Assembly: GCF_964204645.1 (NCBI RefSeq)
Contig: NC_134029.1
Coordinates: 22,376,950 to 22,440,949, forward strand
Length of the DNA stretch: 64,000 nucleotides
DNA from: Tubulanus polymorphus
Lineage: Eukaryota > Animalia > Nemertea
Reading direction: 5' to 3'
Shown one piece after another: positions 26,954 through 41,609 of the stretch. Position numbers and translations under genes: made by a program. Under the pieces are notes generated by a model that was not told where the DNA came from, did no database searches, and saw nothing but the letters and a program-made list of their open reading frames with translations. Numbering within the stretch: the stretch's first letter is position 1; each line of letters starts with the position of its first letter.

Positions 26954-29714
26954 GTAAGTATGACTACCCTCATAAACTGGCTGATGATTCATCAGTGATC
27001 CGAATTAAACAGGTTCTACTGTATTTTGTAGGCCATAGTTGTTTGATATAGGCCTAGTTAATGTGATTCTGTTTCGGAAACCTGTGATTTATTTTGCACG
27101 GCATTTATTTATTTTTTCGAAATTATCTTTTCTTTTATTATTGCATTGTGTATATAGGTTTTTCTCGTGTAAGTAAATGGAACTATTTTCTCACAGAAAT
27201 GCTTCTTTATTTTATCTTCGTTATTCTGGTGATGGTTGGGGTTTAGAATTCCTTGTTTTCTTGGTTGAAGTTAGATGGCACTCGATCAGTTCGGCTTCAA
27301 AAGGTTGCTCTTTCTATTTCCTCTACTGTCTGGTAGATGGCGCCTGATGCTTGAAAGTGTGATGAATACTTTAAAAAGGATTCTCATCATTATGCTTTTT
27401 CAGTTAATCCAGGGTTTTTTCAAAAGTCCATTTTATGGCATTATAATCTTGAAAAAATATGTGAAAATATGTGAATGCACTTAACGAACTATGAAAAAAG
27501 AAAAATGAATTCTTCTGATAAACTGATGATGTATTCTCAAAGATGAAGCGAATGAAGAATAAGATGACTGTTTCTCTAAGGATTGGATTGAGATAAATCT
27601 CGAATTTTTCAGATAAATAATATCTGAAATATGATCATCGCCGAATTATTTATTATAAATTTGTTTCTGTTTAGGCCCAGATCTTCGGCTTTTTAATTAT
27701 TTCTCAAATCTAGTACATTAGGGCACCCTTGGTAAAAGACATGAATAGCTTTGGTTGATCCTTTGATTTGTGTTTATCGCTCGCAGTAAGAATATCAAGT
27801 TGCAATTAAAAATGACACCACACCCTGCCATAATATACTATATACTATACTACATAATGCATGAAGTCTCTTCTATCTGTTGAATAATTTCTATCCTTGC
27901 CAATAAATCTAAAAATAGAATAGTTCATTTCAACTTGTTGGTTTACGAACATTAACTTTTATGTGGAACGAAGTATAGAAAACGAAAACTCTATTTTATT
28001 GATTTAAAAATCTGTATTTTATATAATTTCAATTTTTGCGCCGAGGGACATAATGTGGAAAAGTTGATATTTGAAAAAGATTTGACGAACATTACAAATG
28101 TTTTGCTACTGAACATCGTTATGGCTAAACAAAAACAAACTATCAACTTTTATTGTCAAAAGCGAATTTGTAGTAATTCATGCTATGGACTTGGTTGTCT
28201 ATGTTTATACAATTCATCACTGAATTTCATATTGAGGAAAGGTTGGTCTGATATCAAAAACTTATCCCTAAAGATAGATTCTTAACCTAGCTGATGATTT
28301 CCGTAATTACAATTTGAAATACCTGTATAATTCGAAAATTTTCCCTAAAGTATACCCCGATCTTTTAAACTGAGCAGGCTCTGCTACAGAGCGCTATTGA
28401 ATATCATCAGTTTCAGATGACAAACTTCACAATAGAAGCTTTAGTTTTCCGATGAAGTTCATTATTTTGTGATACGCATTCTTCTTCCGTCTTATTACCC
28501 GTGTTTAACAAGCCTTTGATGATTTTAATCACATCTTATTTGACTAAATCATCAAGTTAGTTCACACGCGCTCAGGACTCGGGGAATGTGTCTACTCCAA
28601 TGCAAGAATGTCGAAGCCGCTTCAACTATCTTTGCATCGGTGTGAATGGAATGTGATATGAATTTATATGAATGCTGAATATCCAATCTAATTGAGACCG
28701 GTACTTTTATGTCAGGGAATGCTATCGATGTCGTTCGCGTTCTGGAGCACAAAGTGCATATTTGCTTCGACAATCTCGTCGCAAATGAGACATTACTGTT
28801 TCAATAAAGACGGTTTTATACGCAATATTCTCATATTTCTGCCCTATCTTGTCATTAATCCTGTCGATTCTATGAACTTTGACTCTCCGAGCGTGTTGTT
28901 GATAACTATCTACTGACCTGATATTTTTATTCCGGAAGATGTCTCTCTAAATGAATCATCTAATACGCTTTTTATCGGAGATCATAAAAAGAAAGAAAGA
29001 AATTATAGTCCATGCAGGGGATCCATGTTTTTGCGACAAGCTCTGCTATTGTTTTGTTCAAAATCTATCGAGTGACCATTAGTTCGTATTGCCACTTGTA
29101 GTAAAGAAATGGAATAAGTCACTACTCTTTTTATATGCTTCTTATGACTGTTTCCAGTAGTCAGATTATGAAACATCTATAGCAAACGCGAGTAATAAAG
29201 AATGTGGTGGAGCTGACGAAAATGGCCACCGAGCATTATCGCTGTTCGCATTGAGTGTATATCATTTTTAAGACGAACTATGAAATATTCATGTCGCCTC
29301 GCCTCAAACTGTCAACGAGTACTGAAATGAATATACCCTAGTCATTGCGACAAGTTAGAAACTTTCGTTAGTTCTGACGTCGTCGCGGTGTAATATTTCT
29401 TACACTGATTTGTTGTTTCGTGTGTAACTTTGTCTGTTCTTGAAGATACCATGCATTAACCCGGGCTAATATTACAGTATTCATCGTCCTAGCAGATTTG
29501 TCTTAAGTTCCAGGCCTTGAAGCAGATTTGTTGTGGCATTTTAGTTTAACAAAGAGCAGTATTTTGATACAACGGTTAATAGGTTTAAAGACTGTATCCT
29601 AATCCGGTTGTATCGAGGATTTCTAAGGGCAGAGGTCCCACAAAAAAGAGAAGAGCAGAAGTCGATTACAAAGCAGCCAATGCTTTCGATTTTTCCGAAG
29701 ACACAAAAATGGTT

Positions 29715-29862
29715 TGTTCTAAAATTTTGAACGCACCTGGATCAGTCTTTCTGGTTGGTCTGAATTCTAAAATTGAATAAGCGTGAACGCTTGGTCCAAA
29801 CTACAAAGACAAACTAGATGTAGACCGTTCTGATGTTGATAACGTAGTCTGAATGCAGGGCT
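29715..29862 (+). mobile_element. MITE family B, 3' half
   Basis: cctggatcagtcttt..ataacgtagtctgaatgcagggct, similar to 41610-41878 and 6770-6931. Confidence 0.6.
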
Positions 29863-32154
29863 TACGTTAGTATTGAGGGTCACACGTTGTCAAAAAAAGG
29901 GACCTACAAAAAGGTGGAGAATCAGAGAAAGGGCGTGCACAATCATGTAGAGATATTTGTATAGTCGCCGCCACTGCGAGTCTCTATTTGCAATAGCCAC
30001 TTTTCATTTCACTTCAGCGTTTATCGAACGCGCATTATTCTCGCGACGAAATGTGTAATTTAATCAAAATCGATTAGACTGAAATGTGTGCGTAGTCATA
30101 AATTAATATCAATCAATTTCTCAACTTTTCCCTCGATGTTGAATTGATTCAGCGCCGGTTTTGATTCTGTTTACCGACGACGTCGATTCAGTTCGTTTTT
30201 CTCGATTCATCGAAAGTTTTTCGTCGATTTTTACGCGATATTTCCTGCGCGTATTCGACAATGTTTATGCCTAGTCGGGAGAGTAGTAAATTAACTTATA
30301 TTTCAAAGGAGAAAAGATTCGTACACACAGGGTCGAATTCCCTTCGGGCTCGACTACGGAAATTAAAATGGATGGTTGACCTTACGCAACGCAGCCAGAA
30401 CGGCCTAATATTATTACATACGATGGTTTTTAATTAATCAAATAAGTTTGATAGACAGACATTGTTTCTGGACTGGAGTGTTTGTATAGGGGAGATTTGC
30501 TGCCAGTCTATATTGCCAATAATGAATCATTTTGCCAGCAACCTTTTAACCCAGTTGATGATGAAGGTTTAATTCACTGGAAGAGAAACTGATTAGTCCG
30601 TTAAAAAGCGCCGAAAGTTTGCGAGAAATTTACTTTCACTACTTATCCGAAAACGAAAGAAATCGTTTCAATCGTTCTTCATGATTTTTGCGTCGGAGCA
30701 TAAACCAGAGAAATCGATGATATAATTGAAAAAAAACATCATATTTGGAAAGCCAAATCAAATTCAGAAGTACTGATAGTTTGCAAGAAATTTACAAGAT
30801 TATTATAAATTTACATTTATTTTTTATGTGTGTTGCGCTGAAGCATGAACCAGAAAAAACAATGCTGTGACAGAGACATTGGTTTCATACGTGGAAAGCC
30901 AAATCAAATATGTATTTCCATCGGTCATTCTTAGAATGGGTCAAGGCACCGATAATGGTGTCTGAATGTTGTGACAAGTGTCTCGATGTAGCGACTAAAT
31001 CAGAGGATTTACAGTCGAAATTAAATAATCGATAGAAATTTCAAACGGCTCGCGATGAGATGGTTATATTAATGTGTGGTTGATAGAGCATATGTGAAGG
31101 GAAGCGTGATGCAAGCCCAGTCTCGTGGAATGATAGGCTTCGTAGAGCATGGCTAATAGAACTTGAGAAAGATGAGCAACAGGCTATAACTTGTTAAAGA
31201 TGAAATCCTCGAGAGGAAAGCAGCCGCAAATGACTAGAGATGAACGAACAGCTTTTCTCGTGGTTGACTTCGTTGAACTGACCAATCAATGTCATTAGGT
31301 TCATTGAAAGTTGAGTCATTTATGCAAATTATGTAATTGTTATTCAAAAATCCTAAATTCTGACTGCATAAGTAAAAGTATCTGTCAGTAATGCGTGATA
31401 AGTGGTTACATTTTGTATAAATGTTAAGTCTTTATTTTTGTGAGCTTTTCGATCCACATGTTTCTCCATTTTGCCTGATCCAATAATTTATAGATTGATC
31501 TAAATCGAATGTTGTTTCATTATTGTCCGGATCGAGTGTATTGGGAAAAAAAAGCTTTCGACAATAAATCTATTACCATAAAATTGTTTATGTTCACATC
31601 AATGATTTATTCGTCCAATTAGATTTCAACTGATAGCGTGCGCGCGGGTGCGGGCTGCGTTTTTCAAAGCGATGCTTTGATTCCCCATGACTGGCATCGA
31701 AATAAATATATCATTTTGATTGGTTGACTGTGGGTTGATATCGTCTATCCCGGGAATCTGGATGTCAACAAAAACCTGAAACCTTTGATCAGTCGCTTGC
31801 TGGTGCAGGCTGTATGCAATATTGTTTTCCGAAACTGGAACTGATATTTCCATTTATGTGTTTCGATTTGAAATTCTGTGAATTCGTCCGGCTATCCATC
31901 TTTATTTCGTACTTAGAATTCCGATTTCGAAAACATATAGCCCCTGTTATATTCCCGGCAGGTATGGTGGGTTTGCAAGTGCCACGCTAAACAGATAAGA
32001 TCGTAAAATCACCTATACCCAGTAGTGAAATCAACACGCATTTTAAGTGTTGTAAACATCGCTTCAGGTGTTAAAGTGTTTTAAGCTTTAATGCGAACCT
32101 AAAGTTGATATAATGGATTCATGAGAAAATGGGCTCGTTTCATTTATGAGGCCA

Positions 32155-32235
32155 GCGTAAACAGTCGTACGCGGGTTTGGTCCTGTTGCGTCAACAGTCG
32201 TACGCGGGTTCGGTCCTGTTGCGTCAACAGTCGTA
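32155..32235. repeat. 33-bp tandem repeat, about 2.4 copies
   Basis: aacagtcgtacgcgggtt(t/c)ggtcctgttgcgtc is repeated. Confidence 0.9.
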
Positions 32236-34961
32236 TTTCAGTCTCGGTTGTCTGGGTTAAGTAACGTCGCGTGGCTGTACATCATAACAAGAGGAAATAG
32301 CCGGACGCTTCAATCTAAAACGCTACGGCTGGCGGTGAATATGAAATGACCGTTAACCACGCGTGTATACGGGGATCGCGATAAGTTTGTCATTGTTATG
32401 CCGACTGGTATCGGCCATTATGAGATCCAAGCACCATCCACATCATCTGTCAACATAACAGACATGAGCAAAGAATGTCAACCGTTTTCCTCAGCAATAA
32501 CTGTTGTGACATTCTTTTTTTCAGCTTTGTCCAGAAATCTATAATAAAATCTGTCGTACACTTTTTATCATTAGATGTACATCGAACATGATATAAGCAT
32601 AACTAGATTAATGGCGTCTCATCTCTATTTCAGTTTTTAGATTAGATTCGGGTATAAAAACTAGATATTCATATATGTGCAGCTCGTAATGAACTGTAAG
32701 ATAGTCCTACTGTAATTAACTGAATGATATACTTCTACAAATACTGAAGCCTTTGCACTGATATTTTTATATTGACCAGTGTTATGAGCAATGTTTTGGT
32801 AAAAACGTCGTTCCTTGCGATGGCTATTAATCAATGGCTATTCGTGCCGTAGTGCTGGCAGGCACGTCGTCATCATCGCCTTGTCAGGGCGAAGGAGGAA
32901 TTTCATTTTAAGATGACCGATATAGCCCGACGTGTCCTGGGAGTATTTATCTTCATTATACCCTCATTAATCTTAATGCTTCGATACAAAAATATTCACT
33001 TATCATCCGAATGTTGACCCAAAAACATCCAAAAAACTTTTGTGAACTTGCGCGGCTTTTTACAGCGTTTCTAGAAGATGGCAAGAAGTTGATGTTTCTT
33101 TATTCTTGCACAATAACGAACGAGCTCTTCAATACATTTAGGTATCTATTTTTCATTGTGGAAATGTCAGATTTGCCTGCGTATAGATTTATTTCAACGA
33201 GCCATTAGCTTCATTGAAATATATTCGCCTTCTCTCGCGCGCGTGCGGAATAACGTCGAATAATCTTTAGAATTCTTGGCGAACAACAAACATCTAAAAT
33301 CAATCTGAACTCGTATATAAAACGTTCGAGAAGTCTGAGATTCCACTGATAGTTCATAATTTGCTTGCTGTCAGGCACTTTCACTGTCGCATTGACAGCT
33401 CGGGAGCAATAAATTTCATTGCAATTATCCGTGGCAGCAAAGCGACAATTTTCTCTGAAATATGGATTTTTGCGGGCGTGAAGAAGCCGGGAGGATGCAG
33501 AATATCCCGGTAGCTAAAGCGTCGTCGCGAGGCGTGCACATGCTCCTTACTGATTGAAAGGCAATGAATGTAATGGAAATTCAATATGCGACTTAAATGA
33601 GAAATATTTTCTCGATCAAGTGCAGTCTTTTGAAGTATCGCGTCTAGAGCGTTGTGTAGCGTCGTCTAGCGTTTTGCTCGTGGGGTGGATTTTTTTTAAC
33701 TCGAGCCGTCTCACGTGACCTCAACGTTGACTTTATTCTAAATTAACTTTACGTCCGTCCGTGCTATGTTGTTTTTTAATACCGCCGTGTAAAGCTCGGC
33801 GTATCGCATTTCCCTAAGCGCGCGCACGCCGTTCGGTCCCTTGAGAATTTCGCGCGAAAGAATATCATGTCATTTTTAATTCGAGGATTGTCAGTAGTAG
33901 GATGCTGCAGCTAGCTCATCTATCTGTTGCTTGCTTACATTAGTTACTTTGGTGACTGTGTCAAGGAGATTAGTGCGCTGACTTATGCCGTCGACTTGAT
34001 GGCCGGACAGACATTTTATGGGCCACCCGTGTTTGGGGAAGGTAGTTTTACGAGGGTCGTAACTCGCGTCGTTTTTCCGCCGGCAGTCGTTGGCATATTT
34101 AAGAGTCGTCTATATTCACCTCTGGTTTTTACTGGTGAAGTAATGATGATTGAAGGACCTGAGTCAGTCTTTATCTAACGGACTGTGACTGTGACATTGA
34201 GGTTATGTGTGTTATAGGTGCCTATAAAATCGACATAAAGTCTGCTTGCTAACACAATTTAGTGATTGTGTTCAATATCCGAACAAGATTTTTTCGATAC
34301 GCCCCCAGAAAAAGATGATTTAAGTAACTATATCTTGAAAGCGAATCAAATTTGGAGATATTTTTCTTGTATATCTTTGCATACTTTTAAGAAAGGGTAA
34401 ATCCATTACCAGATCCATGTGAAATGTCATGTCAAAATGCCCCTACCCTTTATAGATGAATGGCAGAGTGTATTTATTTTCTGCATCGGTTTTCTCTTTT
34501 ATTCCGAACGCAACTGGTCGGAATAAAGCAGCGGATATTTTGTTCGCCGAGGACAAAATGGCGGAAAAATCCGGAACTCTTCTCATCTCTCTCGAGAACT
34601 AGTTGTATGAAGAGTGTGAACAACTGACCGATGTCACAGCCTCACTCTAAAGTATTTAGTTCCAGTAAGATCAGTATTACCATCAATGTGCAGGAAATCT
34701 TTCATGTATGTCTGAATAGAGTCATCAAGCATGCCTTACAGCACATGCGAACACACAAGTGCTTCACGAGCAAAAAAGATCTTGTGACAATACCGTTGGT
34801 GAAGTGGAAGATATGTTTTTAAAAGAAATGCTGTCAGGACGAGAATCGTGGTATATTCTGAATAGATTACGATATATTGTAAACCCGAAAGTAACCAAAA
34901 ACTGACTCGTTCGTTATTGAAATAGGAATGGCAGCATAAGTGAAATAGGCTTTAAGGTATA

Positions 34962-35118
34962 GCAGGGGAGGATCCCAAAGGAGGAACTCATCACATCCCT
35001 AAATGGTGATTTGATGTCCAAAAAGTCAGTATCAGGCATACCCCTACTAAATGTGCCAATTTTCTTTGTTGACAAAATGAAAAAGGGGGTCTCACGAGTC
35101 CCCCTCGATCCCCCTCTA
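34962..35118. mobile_element. Short inverted-repeat element (MITE-like)
   Basis: Degenerate TIRs caggggaggatc...gatccccctcta. Confidence 0.45.
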
Positions 35119-35960
35119 ATTGTCTGATGTATGAATCTGGCAGGGATTTACTTTGTGGCTTAAATGCTTCTGTTTAGTGGATGACACTGTTTTATCTCAA
35201 TTCGGAAAAACGTGTTGGAATTAACCTGTTCATACGATATTCAGATATATAAGTAAAGAGTCGTGTATGTAGAGACAGAGCCACGCTGTGAGATATCGAG
35301 AAATGCCTAGATTTATCCGTTTCTAGGAGTGGCTGGCTGGCTGATGTCGGTGAGGTATTCCGAGGTAATCTGCTTATAAGGGGTGACAGTAGCGCGATGC
35401 GATGGCTTGATTTGACTTTTTCAAACCACTGCCGATAAATAGTCACCAGGTGTTCAATTTAATCATACATGGTAGAAAATAGTGTTTGAATAGATGTGAA
35501 TGACAATTTCCAATTTAAAGCGATGCATCCAAAAAATTATTCATTTTCTGAGCTCATTGCTCATACAGTGAACAAGAATTGTTTCAATTCTGCATTTTTT
35601 CAAAGATATTTCGGATGAATTCGTTCATTTTTTTTTAGGGCTGAATCCGTTTGAAAAAGGCTGCGAGTGAGAATTGGGGTCAGCGCGCCTTTGAACTTCC
35701 GAGCGAAAACATCGGATTGCTTTAGTTCGTCGGTGCAAAAGCAATTACACGAAAGATCTCAGAAAACTCGATATCAGTGCCGGCGAGATTTGTCCATGAG
35801 GATTACGATAAAATACTATCTTGATTAAGTATCAGTCAGTTCTATCTGATGACTAGATAAACCACTGCGTGTATATGAACTGCACTAATAACCTAGTTTT
35901 ATGAGAGAATTTCTTTCCAAGGGTTTTTGGTTGGGACCACAATTTGGACCCGAGCACCAT

Positions 35961-36259
35961 GGTCCAGGTTCACTAAATGATTAAACTTTTGAATCGAATT
36001 GATTACTTCATTATCTTAAATCCATTTAGGACTTAATAGCCGTGATCGCGCGGAGATGATTTAGCCCGGGCCAAATTGGCACGGATCAGGGTAGAGTCAA
36101 ATGTGTGCCTATAATTAAACAGCGCAATTCACGCCTAATAATTTGAACCATGCTGAAATTGGCCCTGGCCTGGTCCAAAGTTTCTGGTTGGGCCTAACTC
36201 GGCCCTCACCAGACAGGCACCCGTGTGATCGCGGCTAATGCTTTTTGTGAAACTGGGCC
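35961..36259. mobile_element. MITE with family E-type ends, interrupted by a family A copy
   Basis: Ends ggtccaggttcac...gtgaaactgggcc|ctg. Confidence 0.6.
36038..36236 (+). mobile_element. MITE family A with 3-bp TSD (AAT)
   Basis: aat|AGCCGTGATCGCGC...GTGTGATCGCGGCT|aat. Confidence 0.85.
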
Positions 36260-36748
36260 CTGTGTCGATGAAAGCAGCCAGAAATTTGATGATTTTCAAT
36301 AGAATGAAACATTGCCGAAGAATCCGATATTGTGTTAATATTGAATATTTAACTTGCTTCGCTCAATGAAAGTGTTGTGTTTGTTTGTGAACCTTGAACT
36401 GTGATTAAACGCGATGCTTTAGAACTAATAATGTCGGCCGCCCGTCGCTACCGCGTATTCTCATTATGTTCTCAGTCGGGTTCAGACGAAACGCTGTTCT
36501 TTTCAACGTCGGATAATTACTTGACAAGTTTGCGATTATTGCGTGTACGAGGTGACAGGATGAGGCGTAAAGACGCAGATCTACTGCACACTACTTACCG
36601 GCGTGTAATCTACCTTGTAACCTCCGGTCCAAATTGATTCGACTCCGAAATCAAGGATATAACTAGATTTGTGCGTGACCTTTTTGAACTCTTCATCCTG
36701 AATGCGATGAATCGTCGAAAAAACTCAAAATATTGCAATTTGCTAATG

Positions 36749-37047
36749 CATGGTGACCACTTACCTGGAGATTAGGAAAAACTCGGGAAATTTTCTCTTT
36801 CTTCAGAAAGGTCAGGGAATAGTCAGGGAAATTTGTAAAAAAAAGCTGAAAATCAGGGAATTACTCAGGGAAATTAGTTGAGATTGCGTCTAGACCCTGT
36901 GTAAAATCATACAGTTTCCGTCTATGTCCTACGTATTTTACTGTGTTAATTGATTGAATTCTTAACAGATCAAGTCAGTGAAAACAATGGGCATCATATC
37001 AGCGATAAGCCACGGGTAAAGCAATTCAAAAAAAATTGGCCACCCTG
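36749..37047. mobile_element. hAT-like non-autonomous element
   Basis: Ends CATGGTGACCA...TGGCCACCCTG with repeated TCAGGGAA subterminal motifs. No TSD is visible. Confidence 0.55.
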
Positions 37048-38077
37048 TAATTATTGTAAGAGAAAATTGCTCTTAAAATCCAATTCAGGGCGTTTGGAGC
37101 CATCCCACTTTATAGTTTGGAGGGAATTTTGATCATTGAAACTTTGTTCATATAATTCACACATTAGTGAATTTATTAAGAACATGTGAAAATGTTCCGA
37201 GAGTCATTTTGAAAGTACTTTCATCAATTTGTCCGGTCCGGAAAAATAATAGCTTTCTATCCGTGGCTCGTGAATTACTCGCAATTGGTCGTTAACTACA
37301 TAAAAACCGGGAGTTGACTAGAAATCAGAGATGAAACAGCGAAACATCAAATGTTATGTAGATTCAACAGTTTCGTTCGATATTGAACGAAAGAAGTTGA
37401 TCATGCAACTGGCCACTTAAATAAATCTGTGATGGGATTTCGCCTCATATCGAGTATCCGCAAATGAATCAAAGATTGAGGAGATCTCTTTGACGCAAAT
37501 CCTATTTTCGCTGGCATTGTCAACGGGCGGGCAATTTCTGAAGTGAATTTGTCGCCCATTCAGCGTAGAGAGAATATCATATCAATATATCGACGAAGAT
37601 GAGAATGATGAGAACGACGGTCATCGCGCGAGCGACAACCGACTTTTTTTCGTCCGTCGATGAATCGTAGATTGACGTATTTCGCAATCGGTCGTAGATA
37701 AGGAATCCGAAGATTCATTTGTGTTTCCGACGTGTTAATACAAGATTATTTCGCTGTAAAAACTGATTGTCGATTCACGGCTGATTCATTTATACAAGAA
37801 GAAATTATTTTATTGTGAAATAAGTTCTATTTTTGTCATGAGAAGTTTGCCGTCGACACCGTGCGCTAGTGTCTGCCAGATAAAGAAAAATGATCTGTAC
37901 GAAAAATTCCAATTGCGATAACGAGAAAAGCTCTCAAAGATCTCCATCAACTGGGACGATATGGCATAAGTAGATGAAAAGTGGTCTTTCATTTTCCTCG
38001 TGTTCCTGAATATTTGAAACCCAGACACATAATCTTTTTGTCATAATGCAGATTTTAAGCCCATCGAGCACATGGCA

Positions 38078-38880
38078 CTGTATATTCTTTGTCTCTAGCT
38101 TAACTGTATACTCATTGTCTCTAGCTTTACTGTATACTCCTTGTCTCTAGCTTTACTGTATACTCCTTGTCTCTAGCTTTACTGTATACTCATTGTCTCT
38201 AGCTTTACTGTATACTCCTTAATAAGATAAAATCCCACTATTTACAGATTAAAAGAATTTAAAAACCAGAATTTATTTATTAAATCTAAAATATTTAAAA
38301 GACACGACGTTTCGATCTCACCCTAGAGGTCATCGTCGACGATGATCGCTAGGGTGAGATCGAAACGTCGTGTCTTTTAAATATTTTAGATTTAATAAAT
38401 AAATTCTGGTTTTTAAATTCTTTTAATCTGTAAATAGTGGGATTTTATCTTATTATCCGTTCACCACGTTTGAGTGTGGTCATCGTTCTACCTGTATACT
38501 CCTTGTCTCTAGCTTTACTGTATACTCCTTGTCTCTAGCTTGGCTGTATACTCCTTGTTTCTAGCTTTTCTGTATACTCCTTGTGTGTAGCTTTACTGTA
38601 TACTCATTGTCTCTAGCTTTACTGTATACTCATTGTCTCTAGCTTTACTGTATACTCGTTGTCTCTAGCTTTACTGTATACTCGTTGTCTCCAGCTTAGC
38701 TGTATACTCCTTGTCTCTAGCTTTACTGTATACTCGTTGTCTCCAGCCTTACTGTATACTCGTTGTCTCTAGCTTTTCTGTATACTCCTTGTCTCTAGCT
38801 TTTCTGTATACTCCTTGTCTCTAGCTTTACTGTATATTCCTTGTCTCTAGCTTTACTGTATACTCGTTGTCTCTAGCTTT
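38078..38880. repeat. 26-bp minisatellite (ctgtatactccttgtctctagcttta), about 20 copies, interrupted at 38221-38491
   Basis: Period of 26 read directly; about 5.5 units lie left of the insert and about 15 right of it. Confidence 0.95.
38221..38491. mobile_element. Foldback family D (Penelope-like remnant): 234-bp near-perfect palindrome plus 37-bp tail
   Basis: 38221-38337 is inverted to 38338-38454 with no spacer and 2 mismatches seen. Each arm carries GACGA-U-stem-GAAAC-GUC. Confidence 0.9.
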
Positions 38881-41609
38881 TGCTTCATTGTTATTCGCAT
38901 GCTACGTCTTCATTATCTACTTAAGTGGACGTAACTAATTTAGGAAAATAACCAGGTTTTCTTCATCAGTTATTTTGTCGCGTGACAGATAATTCCCATC
39001 CTCGGAGAGGCATTTGTGTAATGACCGATGGGCAGTTAATTTCACACTCGATGTCATGCGTTTTATAAATTACCCAGTTACAAACCTACACTTCGTCTAT
39101 ATATAGAATCAATTAGGATCAATTAGGATGGTTTTAAGATTTTGGGACTAAGATGTGCAATCGCAAGATCAACAGTTTCTGTAGCCAAGGCATTTCTTTA
39201 ATTTCTAGAAAGGCGTCTTTTAGGCAAAACTAGAACATGAGTGCTGGGAAAAATTTGTTTTTTGATTTATATGAAGGGGTAGAAATTTCACTGAAATCAT
39301 TTGTAACTTTTGATAATCCCTACCTCACAGAGTCTTGGTGATTTGCAACGTTTGGAAGTTTTTCTTGTATTATGAGATTATGGTCAATGAAGTGAACAGT
39401 TAGCTAGGTATGGGAACCAGTCAGGCGTGGTGAAGGCATACTCATTAGTTGCACAACTCTCATCATTTCTATGATGAGAAGAGTTTCTTAAGGGTTCCTA
39501 ATCAGACCTATTCCAGTTCATTATTCCAAAATGACAACTTCTCCATCAATAGATTCATCTCTTTCTTTTTTTACCTTCAACTACATTTTGAATGACAAAA
39601 GTTTTAAACACAAAGTCCTATGAAAGAGGAAGAAATGTTCAATTTGGACTCATTTATTAAACAGATTAATCGGCGTGGTTGTGTGGATTATACCGATGCA
39701 TAGATCTGTTTAATTTAACGACTGTTCACGACCGTTTCAGCCAGCGATCCCGTGATTAATGGAGACACATGCAGGTAGCAAGACTATTTCCACCTGAAAA
39801 CACCCGACTAATAAATGTCAAGTCAGTTGTTATTTAGCGCCGATGAAAAGGCGCGAGAAGTCATAGATATAACTGTATTTACAGCCGGTTTCTCGCTGGT
39901 AATCAAGCTAATATATAGATAGCTTCTCCAAATGGTCATCTCGGGCTGTTCATAATTGTTAGTAACACACATCGGATAAATTCATTAAGACATGACATGA
40001 TTTTAGAGGTCGAATATTCGTCCATGACATATAAACGACATTTTTCTAGTTCAGCACAAGCTGTAGTACACTGGGCTGGTCGTTTCACTCTGCAGAGTAC
40101 TCCGAGCATTGCGGGAGGCTCCCTGATAACTGGACAGAATCAATGAAGGTATTTTCAAATGACGGTGCAAATGCACAAAAAGGGAGCAAACACAAGAAAA
40201 AACTGATGATCAACTGTTTCCAAATATAACCATTAAATGCAGACTGTTTCTAAATCCACAATGTGTAAATCTAGATGCAGAACTAATGGTCATTTTCGCA
40301 AATTGAATTCTGCTGTTTCCAATTTTTATTAAACTTCTGATCTGTTTGATCGAACACCTTGATCAATCGACACTCCCCTTGTTTTCAGTAAAGGCAGTAT
40401 AGTAATCAGTAACATCGGTTAATCTGTCTACGGAGGACCCACGTTCCGGGCACAAATTCAAATTAATCCAATTTAACAATGACAACAGCGATGCTACACG
40501 ATGTGACCTGACTCACTGATGTTATAATCATTTCTAAACGGTACAAGTTTGATTTGAAGTCGTCAGAGATGCGATGAGTTAAAACAAACTGGTATACACT
40601 GTATATAGAGATTAGTCTCGCCTGTACGCTTGCTGCTCCTACCTTACTGCCTCATTTGTCAAGTGTCTTAAGTATTTTTTGATCAGGCTGAGGCATCCTT
40701 ATTGTCGCCGATCACTGCTTAAGTTCCCGTAGTGCTAATAAACTTCATAACAATCGATGAAGCACTCCGTCCTTGTTGTTGCAGTAATATGAAATCCTGC
40801 GCTTAAAACAAATATCATCAGATTTCGCAATGTTTCCTTCGTTATCCCTGACTCCTATTTATTAACTTCATACCAGTAATATTCTTTTAACTTGACCAGT
40901 ATACACTTGGAAATGGTGTTTTCACATTCGTAACGTGTAATAGTTCTAAATGCAGGTATTTTGATGAAATATTTCCATTATCATCTATCATTTTTCATGT
41001 GTAAGACTTGTATTTTGAGGTCAGTGAACTTGTTGCAGTCCTTCATGATTATTGACTGCTGCGTATAAAAAGAAATTGGCATTGGTGGGATGGTTTAGTA
41101 TTCGTGATGGTATGTTTTATAACTGTCGTTTTGGAATGATTTATGGCCCGATGTGAGGTCTACTTGAATTATGTGTACAGGTGGGTCAATATTGGGATTG
41201 TGTGTCACGACTTCTAATCATCTTATTACAGATAGATGGGAAAACCAATCGCGCGAGCCGCTGGTCCGCTCTGATGCAATTTCGCAATCATCGCTAGCAA
41301 AACCAATTCATTTTTAAAGAAATCCTTAATTGAGCAAAATCAATTTTGCGCTCCCGCCTAGGTCAATAGCCGGATTGATTGTTTGTATTAAACATACATT
41401 TGATTAGCGTTTTAGATTACGAATTTATGAAGCCCAGATTCATAATGATTTACTATTCATATCGCAGTCCTCAAACATCTTCACTGATTCATCTCGCATT
41501 ACTTGTCATTATCACATTTCAGCTTCCTCTACTGGCAACTCATCATCCTGACTTATCCACTAAAGCATCGTTTACTCTATTGCTAGTTATAGTCTCCTCC
41601 TGTTCCTGC

